Virus record (IMG/VR): IMGVR_UViG_3300042569_001270
Span: 1-64,000 of that record
Origin: a virus
Strand: one strand, 5' to 3'
Length of the DNA: 64,000 bases
The notes under the pieces were generated by a model. It was given only the letters and a program-made list of their open reading frames with translations. It had not been told where the DNA came from and did not search any database. Shown piece by piece: positions 42,187 through 52,537 of the stretch; the first letter of the stretch is position 1, and every line of letters begins with the position of its first letter. The position numbers and the translations under genes were made by a program.

Positions 42187-43170
42187 ATGCCCGATACCCT
42201 TCCACTCGTAGCCCAGTTCGGTACGCACTATCAGACAGAAAAAATTATCAACAACTGTCCCAGCTGGTGGGACACCACCCCCGGCGGCGGAGAGGATTCC
42301 CCCGGATCAAACTTTTACGCTCTTCTCTCTGCGGTAGGTGAGTCTGACTGGGGCGTAGGAGGCTTCGAGCCGAGGGCCATCGTCGACACGGGTCTGGCGA
42401 CCTCTGTGGCAGCCAACACGCTGAACGACACCAGCAAGTCGTGGGACGGCAACAAGTTCGTCGGCATGTGGCTGGAGGACATGTACACGCTGGGTCACAC
42501 GAAGCGCGTGAAGTACCGCATCACTGCCAACACCGCGACGTCCCTGACCATCCAGACAACGACAGCCGCCGACGGCACGGTCATCACGACGCCCCTCAAG
42601 GGCGCATACCGGATCATCACTGACAACTCCGCGATGTCCGACTTGCGGGCCGACATCTTCTTGCGGACGGCTGAGTATCTTGATCTCGACAACAAGGGGT
42701 TCAACGTCGCTGTGACCCGGCCCTCGACGGGTATGAGCGACACGTTGTACCGAAAGTTGATCCCTCTGCTGTCTTGGGGCCAGAAGCTTCTCAGACCCAG
42801 CATCGAGAACGTCCTCGCCGTGCTCTTCGGTACCGCTAAGGGTGATGGGTGGGACTGCTTTGAGATTCGCAACCGTGAGATTGTTATCGACATTTACACG
42901 ACAAGTGTCGGCCTTCCGAACGGTCTCGCGTTCTACATGCGAAGCTCAGTGTCTGTCGCAGGTACCACCAATCCGGTGACCAGCTACCTCGTGTCCGACG
43001 TGTACCAGCGGACGGTTCCAGATGGGCTTACTGCTCGCGGGGCGTTCTTGGCTGGAAAGCTCGTTCTTAATAACGGTGACGTCATTGACGAACGACTGAT
43101 CCAACTGATACTCAGGCGGTACTGCCGCGCAGCCGGAGTGGCCGTTAAGGTCAACTTCTTGGGAGCCTAA
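42187..43170 (+). CDS. Baseplate wedge (gpI-like) protein
   Basis: IFLRTAEYLDLD..G...V.RP...SD..YR and C-terminal AAGVAV. Confidence 0.72.
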   Translation: MPDTLPLVAQFGTHYQTEKIINNCPSWWDTTPGGGEDSPGSNFYALLSAVGESDWGVGGFEPRAIVDTGLATSVAANTLNDTSKSWDGNKFVGMWLEDMYTLGHTKRVKYRITANTATSLTIQTTTAADGTVITTPLKGAYRIITDNSAMSDLRADIFLRTAEYLDLDNKGFNVAVTRPSTGMSDTLYRKLIPLLSWGQKLLRPSIENVLAVLFGTAKGDGWDCFEIRNREIVIDIYTTSVGLPNGLAFYMRSSVSVAGTTNPVTSYLVSDVYQRTVPDGLTARGAFLAGKLVLNNGDVIDERLIQLILRRYCRAAGVAVKVNFLGA

Positions 43171-44766
43171 ATGTCCACCTCACAGCTCAAGTTCCCCTTC
43201 GTCTCGGTGAATCTCCAGCGCTGGGATGCCGCAGATCAGGCTCTCCTGACCGACTACACCTCCGCACTGGTGCGTGAGTGCTTGAAGGACGTGGTCGTCG
43301 GGGACGCTCTCGGGAGGGTCTTCAAGGGCTTTCAGCCGGTGGTGAACGTTCCGAACAAGACGGTCACGTTCTCGGGCGAAGGCGTGGCCGTGGACAAGGA
43401 CGGCAACCTGCTGGTTGCCATCTCGTCGTTCAACACCGTGCTGTCCCTCACTGGGCTGGCTGCCACGAAGCAGTTTTACGTCTTCGCGTACGCCAAGCCC
43501 GTGATCGACACTGTGAACAAGGCTGACCGAAAGATTTGGAACACGAGCACTACTTCTGAGAGTCAGGCGTCTGTTCCTGTCTTCAAGGACTCTGTTATTA
43601 ACGTTGTTGTAAGCGACGCCTACACAATCGCCCCCAACAACGTCAGTGGTTGCCCTGTCAGCTACGTTGATCCGCTCGACGGCAACACCTACACGACGCT
43701 GCCGCTGGCTTCCTTCAACACGGACGGCTCCGCAGGGATCGTTGACTTTAGGGACATTCGCAAGATGTACGCCGTGGACGGCAACGTCGAGGCGGGCGTC
43801 ACTGGGTTGCTGACTGAGCTTCCCCATGATTTTACTAATACCGACAAGACGCTTGGCATCAGGACGGTGCGGGACTTCTTCAAGGCCATCGTCAGCCGAG
43901 TGAAGGACATCGTCGGCAAGCCGAACTGGTACGACGCCCCTGATCCCATCAGCCTGTCTTCTATCTACGGACAGATTGGACCCTTTGGGTCAGGCGTCAA
44001 CCGAGTCCCTTTTGTCAGCAGCACTGCCAGCCTTCCTGCTACTCCCAACAACCGTGATATTGTCTGGTACACGACCTACAGAAGCCTGTACGTCTATGAC
44101 TCGTCCTCCACTCAGGGGCCTGATACGGGGGGCTGGTCACAGACCCGACGAGTCCTCAAGCGCGATGCCCTCTTGGACACCGATCCGGGTAGGTGGTTCC
44201 TGCTGGGATCGGGGTACGGTCTGCTCAAGGCTGTTAATGGCGTTGCCACGCTTGACGCCAACGCTCTGCTTGAGCAGGACGTTAGGCCCAACTCGATAGG
44301 GTCAAACAAGCTTATTAAAGGTGCGTACTTCGTTACTGGAGTAGTTAGGATCACTCGAACCGGTATTTCTTCCTACACCGCTGAGGTTATTTATAACACT
44401 GACCATCCTAGCAATATGGCTGCTACCGTAACTGTTTCTGGGCAGGGCTTTAGTAAGGTGGCCGTAACTTGGGACGACACCTCTACAGAAGCGAAGTACG
44501 GTCGCATTTTGCGTAATCTTCAAGTATCGGACATGTACTTAGAGACCGACGCTGCAAACCACCTGTTTGAGGGGGCCAGAAGGCTCGTTCCTTACGCTGA
44601 TACTGGTGATGCAGCCTCTAAACTCGGCCAGTTCTCAGACTTTAGTAAGGGTTTTTCCGTTCAGCTTTATGACTACCCTAACGGTGTCCCCACTGCTCTT
44701 GTCACTGGCACCCCTTACGGTCCTCAGGCGTGGTTTACATTCAGCGTTTTCTCGATGTCAGCCTAG
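43171..44766 (+). CDS. Baseplate/tail-fibre attachment protein
   Basis: Follows the wedge genes; beta-rich; IVGKPNWY motif. Confidence 0.6.
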   Translation: MSTSQLKFPFVSVNLQRWDAADQALLTDYTSALVRECLKDVVVGDALGRVFKGFQPVVNVPNKTVTFSGEGVAVDKDGNLLVAISSFNTVLSLTGLAATKQFYVFAYAKPVIDTVNKADRKIWNTSTTSESQASVPVFKDSVINVVVSDAYTIAPNNVSGCPVSYVDPLDGNTYTTLPLASFNTDGSAGIVDFRDIRKMYAVDGNVEAGVTGLLTELPHDFTNTDKTLGIRTVRDFFKAIVSRVKDIVGKPNWYDAPDPISLSSIYGQIGPFGSGVNRVPFVSSTASLPATPNNRDIVWYTTYRSLYVYDSSSTQGPDTGGWSQTRRVLKRDALLDTDPGRWFLLGSGYGLLKAVNGVATLDANALLEQDVRPNSIGSNKLIKGAYFVTGVVRITRTGISSYTAEVIYNTDHPSNMAATVTVSGQGFSKVAVTWDDTSTEAKYGRILRNLQVSDMYLETDAANHLFEGARRLVPYADTGDAASKLGQFSDFSKGFSVQLYDYPNGVPTALVTGTPYGPQAWFTFSVFSMSA

Positions 44767-44784
44767 CAGTCGAAGAGGTGATCA

Positions 44785-45927
44785 ATGTCCGCTAACACCG
44801 TGACCGTGAACCAGAACGACGTCTCGCAGGTGCCCCTCGGTGCCAGTGTGCAGATGGTGCACAACCAGTCTGCCACCACCCGCGAGTGGATGATCCTCTC
44901 TGTTCCCGTGGACGCGCCTCAGCCCACGCTGACGGTCTCCACGACGACGCAGCAGGACGACACGGCGACGTTCGTGGCCGCACGAGAGGGCAGTTACCTG
45001 CTCAAGCTGACCGTGGACTTCGGTCTTTCGACCCAGTTCATCGGTACGCTCGCAGTGAGCGTTCGTGAGGCTGAGACGGGCGACCGGCTGCCTGCTGTCG
45101 GTGAGACGCTTGAGAACGCCGACTGGGCGCACAGCGCCGTTGATCGCGTTCTTCGTCGGGTCACCCGTCACTCGGACAACGGGACTGTCTTTGGTGTTGT
45201 GCCACCCGACCTTGAGCTTGGCTCTGTGGTCTACGCCTACAGCACGACCACGATTGGTGATGACAACCGTGTCGTGCCGTTCTTCCTGCAGGCGTTCCCT
45301 ACCAGCCTCTTCAACATGGCCTACGTCTCTGGCTTCCTCGGGGTCTACGAATCCGCCTCCGGTGTGGGCGCACGCATCCGTCACACGGGGCTTGTTCGTG
45401 GCGTCGTGGACAGCAGCCAGCCTGCACGACAGACGAAGGTTTACCTCGGCAACGATGGCAAGCCCTCGCTGACCGCCGGTACCATCGAGAGGATCATCGG
45501 CTACGTCGTGGGGAGCACCTCGACGACCTTCGACTTCATGCTGGCGACATCCACCGCCCAGAGGCCTGCGTCGAGCGGTAACGCCTACGACGTTATGAGC
45601 TTTCACAACGGCTTCGTGGGTGCTGGTCAGATTATCATGGATTTCAAGGCCGTCAGGGCGTTCACGCTCTCTGACGTTATGAGCGAGCACAAGATGTACG
45701 CGCTCACCAACGCGCAGCAGGAGGCGGTGTTTACGCTGACGCGCAACGGTAACGTCATCTTGATTATGACTTTTGCAGCAAGCTCTGGCATCCCGACTTT
45801 CAGCCGCCCATCAGGCAACCCTTCTCTTACGATCAATGCAAACGACCTCGTGCGACTGACCGGTCCAGCTGTCGCAGACGTCGGTCTGAGCTTCCTGCGC
45901 TGGTCCTTCAAGGGCGCTACCGTATGA
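44785..45927 (+). CDS. Virion fibre/adaptor protein with C-terminal 'YD...KG' beta-sandwich domain
   Basis: PKD-like N-terminus (EGSYLLKLTVD), capsid-fibre-like VYLGNDG; C-terminal domain paralogous to two domains in 49154-52537. Confidence 0.65.
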   Translation: MSANTVTVNQNDVSQVPLGASVQMVHNQSATTREWMILSVPVDAPQPTLTVSTTTQQDDTATFVAAREGSYLLKLTVDFGLSTQFIGTLAVSVREAETGDRLPAVGETLENADWAHSAVDRVLRRVTRHSDNGTVFGVVPPDLELGSVVYAYSTTTIGDDNRVVPFFLQAFPTSLFNMAYVSGFLGVYESASGVGARIRHTGLVRGVVDSSQPARQTKVYLGNDGKPSLTAGTIERIIGYVVGSTSTTFDFMLATSTAQRPASSGNAYDVMSFHNGFVGAGQIIMDFKAVRAFTLSDVMSEHKMYALTNAQQEAVFTLTRNGNVILIMTFAASSGIPTFSRPSGNPSLTINANDLVRLTGPAVADVGLSFLRWSFKGATV

Positions 45928-46196
45928 GTACGCTCATCTTCATAACCCCAAGCGAAAGCGAGGGGCCTGCGTCTCCCGCGTACTTGATCATGCACGGGAG
46001 TGTAGACTTCCTCGGAAGCTCTCTCGACCTACGCAACAACCCCGAGTTCTTCTTACCGGGTACCTACGCGCTGTTCGACGTTGCTGACTGCACCAGCGTT
46101 ACTAACGAAGCGTCACTGGTTGTCACGCCTCACCCACCGCGTACGGCAGGGGTGCCGTTCCGCGTTGGTAATCTTATTTGTGTGACGCTGACTTGA
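45924..46196 (+). CDS. Small beta protein, paralog of 52538-52819
   Basis: GSVDFLGSSLDL...GTYALF...CT..NE...ICV; ATGA overlap with the previous gene. Confidence 0.7.
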   Translation: MSTLIFITPSESEGPASPAYLIMHGSVDFLGSSLDLRNNPEFFLPGTYALFDVADCTSVTNEASLVVTPHPPRTAGVPFRVGNLICVTLT

Positions 46197-46204
46197 GGTG
46201 ATCC

Positions 46205-47311
46205 ATGACTGCCTTCTTGTGGAACGGTCCAAATCCCGACATCTTTTGGCCCGGAACACTCAACTGGAACGAGCCTCGCAACTGGAACCGCCAAGACCCG
46301 TTGAATCCTCCGAGCGGAGGGTTGCGTTTCCCAACCAACGGTGACGACGCAGCGTTCGAGTTTGCACCTCCCGGCACCGTCACCGGCAGCATCGCTTTTC
46401 AGAATCTCAACGCGGGCGTACCGTCGGGCGGCAGTGGCTTTGAGGTAAAGCTGTCGGGGGTTAACTGCATTGACGGCTACATCGGTCCTAGTGTTGGTAC
46501 CGAGATTGATATTGTAGATGGTCGAGGTCAACTCACCGCCTTTATGCAGGGCGGCAGCGTTGGATCATCGGGACTGATTCAGGGTTGTATTCTTACAGTT
46601 AAAAACGCTCCTCCTCTTGATACAGGGCTAGGGGGCAACATCTTTCAAAATTTTGATGACGTAGTTTTTAAGCTTATTAATCCAGGTGGGTTTGTCGAGA
46701 TTTTTGGTAACGTTACTGGGTTCTCCCCCCTGCAAGTTGGCCTACGAACATCAGCCTTCAGCAACGGCAGGAACGCAGAGCTTGACGTGTGGGGCGGCGG
46801 ATCATTTACGGGAGGAGTCACTTCCGAGTTTTATTACGGTCTTGTTGATGATCTGCCGTCACTCAACCTCAAGAGCAACGCTGCAGCGGGTGCTGCCGGT
46901 CAACCAATTAAACTTCGTGGCGGTAAAGTCACCTTCGCTGCCAACGGCGGCTACACCACTGCGTGGGCGGGTCACCCGTTAGTCCTCGACGTTGGGGGGT
47001 ACATTGGTCCCGGCCCCACTGCTGGTCAGTACGGCGTCCCTCTGGCTGCCTACCTGCCCGACATCAGGTTTACTAACGTCCGCAACTCAGGGGCGACGTG
47101 GCACTTGAACTGTTTTGCTGCTGTTGAGCAGCTGTGCGGTACGGGCAACTTGACCAACGGGTTCGTGGGGCGTAACGACCAGATCAGCGTGAAGCCAACG
47201 GGGGCACTGGTTGCCCTCAAGCGAGGGCAGCACTTCCACGGAACGCTGTCGTTCGACGGCACTGGAGGCAAGTTCATCTTCCCCAACCCCGCGCTTCCGT
47301 ACATGCCGTAG
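46205..47311 (+). CDS. Gly-rich beta-helix-like protein (autotransporter passenger-like), candidate receptor-binding protein
   Basis: W.G......W....NW...P..GD...F N-terminus; G/N/T-rich beta strands. Confidence 0.6.
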   Translation: MTAFLWNGPNPDIFWPGTLNWNEPRNWNRQDPLNPPSGGLRFPTNGDDAAFEFAPPGTVTGSIAFQNLNAGVPSGGSGFEVKLSGVNCIDGYIGPSVGTEIDIVDGRGQLTAFMQGGSVGSSGLIQGCILTVKNAPPLDTGLGGNIFQNFDDVVFKLINPGGFVEIFGNVTGFSPLQVGLRTSAFSNGRNAELDVWGGGSFTGGVTSEFYYGLVDDLPSLNLKSNAAAGAAGQPIKLRGGKVTFAANGGYTTAWAGHPLVLDVGGYIGPGPTAGQYGVPLAAYLPDIRFTNVRNSGATWHLNCFAAVEQLCGTGNLTNGFVGRNDQISVKPTGALVALKRGQHFHGTLSFDGTGGKFIFPNPALPYMP

Positions 47312-47341
47312 TGCAGGCGTCCCGCCTGCTTGGAGGTCCGT

Positions 47342-48013
47342 ATGAGTCTGAGTCTCGCGAAGCCGCTCCCCAAGGGAGCCGAGTACCTTGCCGATGTCGC
47401 CGCCAAGGCTGGCGCTGACAACGGGATCAGTCCGTACCTGCTGCTGGGCATCTGCTACGCCGAGAGCAACTTCGGCGCGGCCCTGAAGCCCCCCGGACCC
47501 ACTGGGACGGGTGACTTCATCCCTCGCGTGGCCGACAAGGACACGAACGAGAAGATGGCCAAGAACCCCCTGCCCGGCGTCGAGAAGAAAGTCCTGCCCG
47601 ACGGGATCAAGGCTCGCAAGGTTGCTGGTCCTGTCGAGGCTTGGGTGCCGACGCACACCGGCTGGGGCTGCGGTCTGCTCCAGTTTGATTACGAAGCGCA
47701 CTACGAGTTCTGCAAGAGCGGCGCGTGGAAGGAGCCTGCCAAGGTGTTTGATCAGGCGTGCAAGCTCCTCAAGGGCAACCGCTCGTTCCTCGCCAAGAAG
47801 CACCCCGAACTGACGGGCATCGCTCTCGACCGTGCGATGATCGCTTCGTACAACGCTGGGGCTGGTCGGGTGAGCAAGTTCCTCACCGACAAGAAGAGCC
47901 TTGACGAGTGCACGTTCCATCCGGGCTACATTGATAAGATTTGCAAGAAGGCCGATGAGTTTGCCGGTGCCTCCGGCGCGTTCGCCACCCCCTCCACCGC
48001 TCCGGTGGCCTAA
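47342..48013 (+). CDS. Endolysin, lytic transglycosylase (SLT/lysozyme-like)
   Basis: LLLGICYAESNFG (catalytic ES), GLLQFD, ASYNAGAGRV, YIDKI. Confidence 0.85.
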   Translation: MSLSLAKPLPKGAEYLADVAAKAGADNGISPYLLLGICYAESNFGAALKPPGPTGTGDFIPRVADKDTNEKMAKNPLPGVEKKVLPDGIKARKVAGPVEAWVPTHTGWGCGLLQFDYEAHYEFCKSGAWKEPAKVFDQACKLLKGNRSFLAKKHPELTGIALDRAMIASYNAGAGRVSKFLTDKKSLDECTFHPGYIDKICKKADEFAGASGAFATPSTAPVA

Positions 48014-48015
48014 CC

Positions 48016-48360
48016 GTGGGCGAGCAGCTTCTGCAACTCCTGATGACGGTCATCGGTGTGCTTGGCAGCACAACGGCTTTCCGTTTTTATGATCGAAGGG
48101 CTGCTCGCAGGGTGAAAGAGGAAGCGGATATGCGGAAAGGCGAGCGCGACGATCATAACGCGGTCAGAGATGACCTGCGTGAGCGCGTCGCGTCCCTTGA
48201 GAGCAAGCTTGAGGCCGAATATCGGGAAAAGTTCGACCTCCTCAAGGCGATAGCCGACTTGAAGGCTGAAGTCGCCTCTCTGCGTACAAAGCTGGAGTTG
48301 CTGTCTATTCCTCAACCTGCGAAGAAAGGAGCAGCGCCGAAGCGCAAGAAAGAGAGGTAG
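48016..48360 (+). CDS. Holin-like membrane protein
   Basis: N-terminal TM helix, coiled coil and basic C-terminus; next to the endolysin. Confidence 0.6.
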   Translation: MGEQLLQLLMTVIGVLGSTTAFRFYDRRAARRVKEEADMRKGERDDHNAVRDDLRERVASLESKLEAEYREKFDLLKAIADLKAEVASLRTKLELLSIPQPAKKGAAPKRKKER

Positions 48361-48363
48361 CGC

Positions 48364-49131
48364 ATGGCTGTCTGCAACTGGAAGCTGGACAAGGAGGGCC
48401 TCGCGCCCGGCAACAGTCTTTCCCCCGGCGAGGTGTGTGATCCTCCTGAGGGCTTCAAAGGCTTCGTTATCGGTTCCGAGATCGTAGACGAGCATGGTCA
48501 CAAGCTCGACGGCGACTGGGACCCGAAAGGGCGAAACGGGTGTCAGCACACGGACACCCCAGAGTGGAAGGCGGCCCACAACCAGCACCTCAAGGTGCGT
48601 CGCAAGGAGAAGGTCATGGCTGACCATGCTGAAGTCCCCGTTCCCGTTTCAGTTCCCGTTCCCACCCCCGCGCCCGAGGCCCCTGCCACGGTAGCGAGCG
48701 TCGGTGCGCCTGATCTCGTCGGTCAGGTCCAGCAGCTGATGCCGAAGGACGGCAACGCCACTGCGGTCACTGCCGTCATGGCGGCTCTCGTGGTCGTCGG
48801 TGGCCTGCTCTACAAGCTGGGTCCCAACCTTCTGAAGGCCCGCAACGAGCGGGAGATGAAGAAGCTGGAGCTTGAAGAGAAGAAGCTGGAGAAGCAGGAC
48901 GATCAGCACCAGCAGTGCAACGCGGCCCGGCTGCAGCTGGACGCGAAGATCACCGAGCTTTCGGGTAAGGTGGAGGCTCTGGCTGCGAAGGCCGAGAAGC
49001 TGTCTTCGTCCTCCTCGACCCTCGCGTTCGGTGAGGACTTCGACGCCGAGGAGTTCGTTGACTGGCGCGAGCAGGTCGATAAGGCTCTGAAGCTGAAGAC
49101 TGCGAAGAAGGGCAAGAAGCTCGAAGACTAA
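48364..49131 (+). CDS. Membrane protein with one TM helix and coiled coil (lysis-associated?); possible internal start at 48616
   Basis: AVTAVMAALVVVGGLLY TM segment; AAGGAG upstream of in-frame ATG 48616. Confidence 0.6.
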   Translation: MAVCNWKLDKEGLAPGNSLSPGEVCDPPEGFKGFVIGSEIVDEHGHKLDGDWDPKGRNGCQHTDTPEWKAAHNQHLKVRRKEKVMADHAEVPVPVSVPVPTPAPEAPATVASVGAPDLVGQVQQLMPKDGNATAVTAVMAALVVVGGLLYKLGPNLLKARNEREMKKLELEEKKLEKQDDQHQQCNAARLQLDAKITELSGKVEALAAKAEKLSSSSSTLAFGEDFDAEEFVDWREQVDKALKLKTAKKGKKLED

Positions 49132-49153
49132 GTTGATCTAAAGGAGACACCGC

Positions 49154-52100
49154 ATGTCCTCAATTGTCACTCTGATCCCTGTTCCCACTGATGGCAGTGG
49201 TCCGGGTACCGGCGGTGTCTCCGTAGTCAACACGGGCGCAGGCCTCGTTGGCGGCCCCATTACCGACGTCGGCACCATCGCGATGCCGAACGTCGGTACT
49301 CCCCGCACGGGCTACGGCTCTCCGTCCAAGACTGTGACTGCCAGCACGGACGCGCAGGGCCGTGTCGTCGCTCTTGACGAGAACCCGATCCAGCTTCCGC
49401 AGTCGCAGGTTGATAATCTTTCAACCGACCTTTCGACGCTGACCTCAGCAGTGGCCACGAAGGCTGCAGACTCTGCTGTTGTTCATAACACTGGCGATGA
49501 GACGATTGCTGGCGTCAAGACGTTCACTGTTGCCCCTGTCGTCCCTGCGTCGTCGTTCCCGATTTCGGCTACCGGTGGTCTGCAGGACGCCCTCGACGCG
49601 ACCGTCCACCTCGCTGGGGCAGAGACGATCACGGGACTCAAGACGTTCTCAGTGGCCCCTGTTGTCCCCGACAACTCGTTCGCTATCGCCAAGACTGCGG
49701 GCCTGCAGACCGCTCTTGACGGCAAGGTGGGCACGAGTGATCCCCGCCTGACCGACTCCCGCACTCCGAGCGGTACGGCTGCTGGCGATCTCTCCGGTAG
49801 CTACCCCAGCCCTACTGTCGCGAAGATTCGTAACATTCCCGTGACAGACGTTATGCCCACCGTCGGTCAGCAGATGACCTACGACGGGGACAGCATCGTT
49901 TGGGGTTCCCCTGCTGCAGGTGGTTCTGGCGGCGGCGGAGCCACGGTGTACTTCAATGGCGGCACCGCTGGTGCTGCCCCGATTACTAACCTTCCCACGA
50001 ACGCCAACACCAAGACCCTGAGCACTGCCCCTGAGGCGACTCAGTCTACGATCACCTCTGGCACGCTTCCGCAGGGAGGGACCTACGCCGACGTTGCAGG
50101 CTTCGTGTCCGCCGTGGGCTATCCGGGGGTCACTTCCCTCCCTGCTGGCCTCTGGGACATCAACTTCTGGGCGCTGTCCGCCACGTCCACGGTGCCCAAC
50201 CAGATTCTGGTCCGTGCGCGTCTGTACAAGTACGACGGTGTGAACGCACCGACACCGATCACCGAGTTCTCCGACTCGAGTGCGCTCACCTCGCCGACCG
50301 TTTCCACGCTGTCAACGGTTGATCTCCTTGTGCCTGCGGGCGTGACCCTTCTGCCTACTGATCGTCTTTTCGTTCTGTTCAGTGCGACGGCCACGGCGAA
50401 CAACAAGACCGTCAGCCTGCAGTTCGGTGACGGGACGCCCTCGCACGCCCACACGACTCTCCCGCTGGTGCGCGGTACCGGCTTCCAGCGTGTGGTCGGC
50501 GGGGTGCTTCAGGACAACGCGGCTGCTGTTGATCTCGCTGGTGGCAGCACCAACGTCACGGGCGTTCTGCCTGTTGCCAACGGTGGCACGGGGCGGACCA
50601 CCGACACGGCTGGTGGTGATCTCACGGGGACCTACCCCAACCCGACCATCGCCGCTGGCGCGGTGACGGACACGAAGGTCGCTACTGCGAACAAGGACGG
50701 CCTCCCAGCCACGCCCTCGATGCGTACTCTGGGCACAGGGGCGCAGCAGGCCGCTGCAGGCAACGACAGCCGCCTCTCCAACGCTCGTACGCCCACTGCT
50801 CACGCCTCGACGCACCTCCCCGGTGGCACGGATGCACTGACGACTGCCGCCGCCGTTGAGCTTACCGACAGCACCAACTCGGAAGGCGCAGCCGCCAGCT
50901 ACGCTCGCTCGAACCACACGCACGCCCACGGCAACCGTGGCGGTGGATCACTGCACGCTGCGGCAACCCAGTCTGTGGCGGGCTTCCTGTCCGCTGCTGA
51001 CAAGGTCAAGGTCGATACGGCTCTCCAGCCGAGCACGACGCCCACTGGAGTTCTCGCCTACCCCGGCAGCACCTACTCTGATCTGAAGGGGCTTGCTCCA
51101 GTCAGCAACAGAGTTCCGATCAAATCTTCGGGTGCGGGCACCACGACCACGGTCGCGCCGGATGACGAAGCCTCTGGCACTGGTGTCGCGATGGACTATC
51201 GCGGCGGCAAAGGAGCCATCGGCGGCAACATCACCGTCAAGGGCGGTCAGGGCACTGCGGGCAAGGGCGGTGACGCTGTAGTTGATGCAGGTACTGGATC
51301 AACTACAAACGGTGTTGTTTCTATTGGCGAAAACGACGCCACGGCTGTCAACGTCGGGCGTACCGGCACGCAGACCAACCTGCGTGCACGAGTTGCCTTC
51401 CGCCCGAGTGACACCATACAGGACATCACCGGCAGCAACACCGTCACCCCCGCGTCGTCTACCGTCAAGCTCAGGTCGGCCAGTGATGTAATCTTTAATG
51501 GGGTGCTCTCCTCCACCAACTTTAATGAAGGAGCGCTGGTTCACCTTGTTAACATTGGCGCGTTCAACATCACGCTTCTGAGCCACGCAACAGGCCAGAC
51601 CACCAACATCGTTCTTGCTGAGGGCCGTCCGCTGGTCCTCGGCCCCAACGAGATGGTGACGTTGATGGTTATTAGGAACAACGCCAACGTCACAAGGTGG
51701 TGGCAGGTCGATGCGCCTCACGCTGATCTGCCGGGCGGTAACCTGCACGAGGTCGCCACTCAGTCCGTCGCAGGCTTCCTCTCGGCTGCGGACAAGACCA
51801 AGCTCGACAGCGTTGATCCTCTTCTGGCGTACGACTTTCAGGGCAGTGCTCCTGCCCCGCTTGCTAACGAGGTGCTGTCGCGTTGGCAGGCGACGCGGGA
51901 CTTCTACCTCGACAACCCCTCTACATGGCGAGCGTACGCCTCGACGGCTCCCAGCTTCACGACGCAGGTTGCCGTCCTCGTGGACGGTGTGGGTGTCGGT
52001 CTCTTCACTTGGGCGGCGGGCGCTACCACGCCGACGATCACTCCGTACTTCGGTCAGACGTTCCCGAAGCTTGTGACCGAGGGCCAGCGCGTCACGGTGC

Positions 52101-52537
52101 AGGTCTCCGGCGGTAGCAACGGAATTGGATCAATATCGTGGTCGGTCAAGGGGTACATGACGGGCTACACGTCCGTCGCTAAGCCTTATGATCTCTACGG
52201 CTACGCTCCGGGCCTCGTTGGCATCGGGCAGGTCCTGCACAGGGACATCTTGGTTCGAGCCGCTTCTTTGGTCTCTCCGGCGGCCTTTGGTAAGGCCTAC
52301 GCTATGGGCGGACCCAGCGGCGGCGACGTGCGGTTCGACCTCAAGCTCAACGACTCTACGATCCTCGCCTACTTTACGATCACCAACACCTCAGGCTCTC
52401 CGAGCGGTGGTGTCTGGACGAACGTCGCGACGTTCCCCTACGCCTTGGCCGCAGGAGACCGGTTGTCTGTGGTGCAGGACGGCGGCTCTGTGTACGGTAT
52501 CTCCGAGGTCTTTTTCGGTACGCGAGGGGAGGCCTAA
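49154..52537 (+). CDS. Long tail fibre protein
   Basis: Internal repeats: GxETIxGxKTFxVAPVVP x2, GDLxGxYPxPT x2, ATQSVAGFLSAADK x2; two C-terminal 'YD...[K/R]G' domains. Confidence 0.88.
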   Translation: MSSIVTLIPVPTDGSGPGTGGVSVVNTGAGLVGGPITDVGTIAMPNVGTPRTGYGSPSKTVTASTDAQGRVVALDENPIQLPQSQVDNLSTDLSTLTSAVATKAADSAVVHNTGDETIAGVKTFTVAPVVPASSFPISATGGLQDALDATVHLAGAETITGLKTFSVAPVVPDNSFAIAKTAGLQTALDGKVGTSDPRLTDSRTPSGTAAGDLSGSYPSPTVAKIRNIPVTDVMPTVGQQMTYDGDSIVWGSPAAGGSGGGGATVYFNGGTAGAAPITNLPTNANTKTLSTAPEATQSTITSGTLPQGGTYADVAGFVSAVGYPGVTSLPAGLWDINFWALSATSTVPNQILVRARLYKYDGVNAPTPITEFSDSSALTSPTVSTLSTVDLLVPAGVTLLPTDRLFVLFSATATANNKTVSLQFGDGTPSHAHTTLPLVRGTGFQRVVGGVLQDNAAAVDLAGGSTNVTGVLPVANGGTGRTTDTAGGDLTGTYPNPTIAAGAVTDTKVATANKDGLPATPSMRTLGTGAQQAAAGNDSRLSNARTPTAHASTHLPGGTDALTTAAAVELTDSTNSEGAAASYARSNHTHAHGNRGGGSLHAAATQSVAGFLSAADKVKVDTALQPSTTPTGVLAYPGSTYSDLKGLAPVSNRVPIKSSGAGTTTTVAPDDEASGTGVAMDYRGGKGAIGGNITVKGGQGTAGKGGDAVVDAGTGSTTNGVVSIGENDATAVNVGRTGTQTNLRARVAFRPSDTIQDITGSNTVTPASSTVKLRSASDVIFNGVLSSTNFNEGALVHLVNIGAFNITLLSHATGQTTNIVLAEGRPLVLGPNEMVTLMVIRNNANVTRWWQVDAPHADLPGGNLHEVATQSVAGFLSAADKTKLDSVDPLLAYDFQGSAPAPLANEVLSRWQATRDFYLDNPSTWRAYASTAPSFTTQVAVLVDGVGVGLFTWAAGATTPTITPYFGQTFPKLVTEGQRVTVQVSGGSNGIGSISWSVKGYMTGYTSVAKPYDLYGYAPGLVGIGQVLHRDILVRAASLVSPAAFGKAYAMGGPSGGDVRFDLKLNDSTILAYFTITNTSGSPSGGVWTNVATFPYALAAGDRLSVVQDGGSVYGISEVFFGTRGEA

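Noticed and set aside
29137-43170. Bacterial contractile injection system or tailocin rather than phage
   Set aside because: Portal, protease, capsid and replication genes are contiguous with the tail genes.
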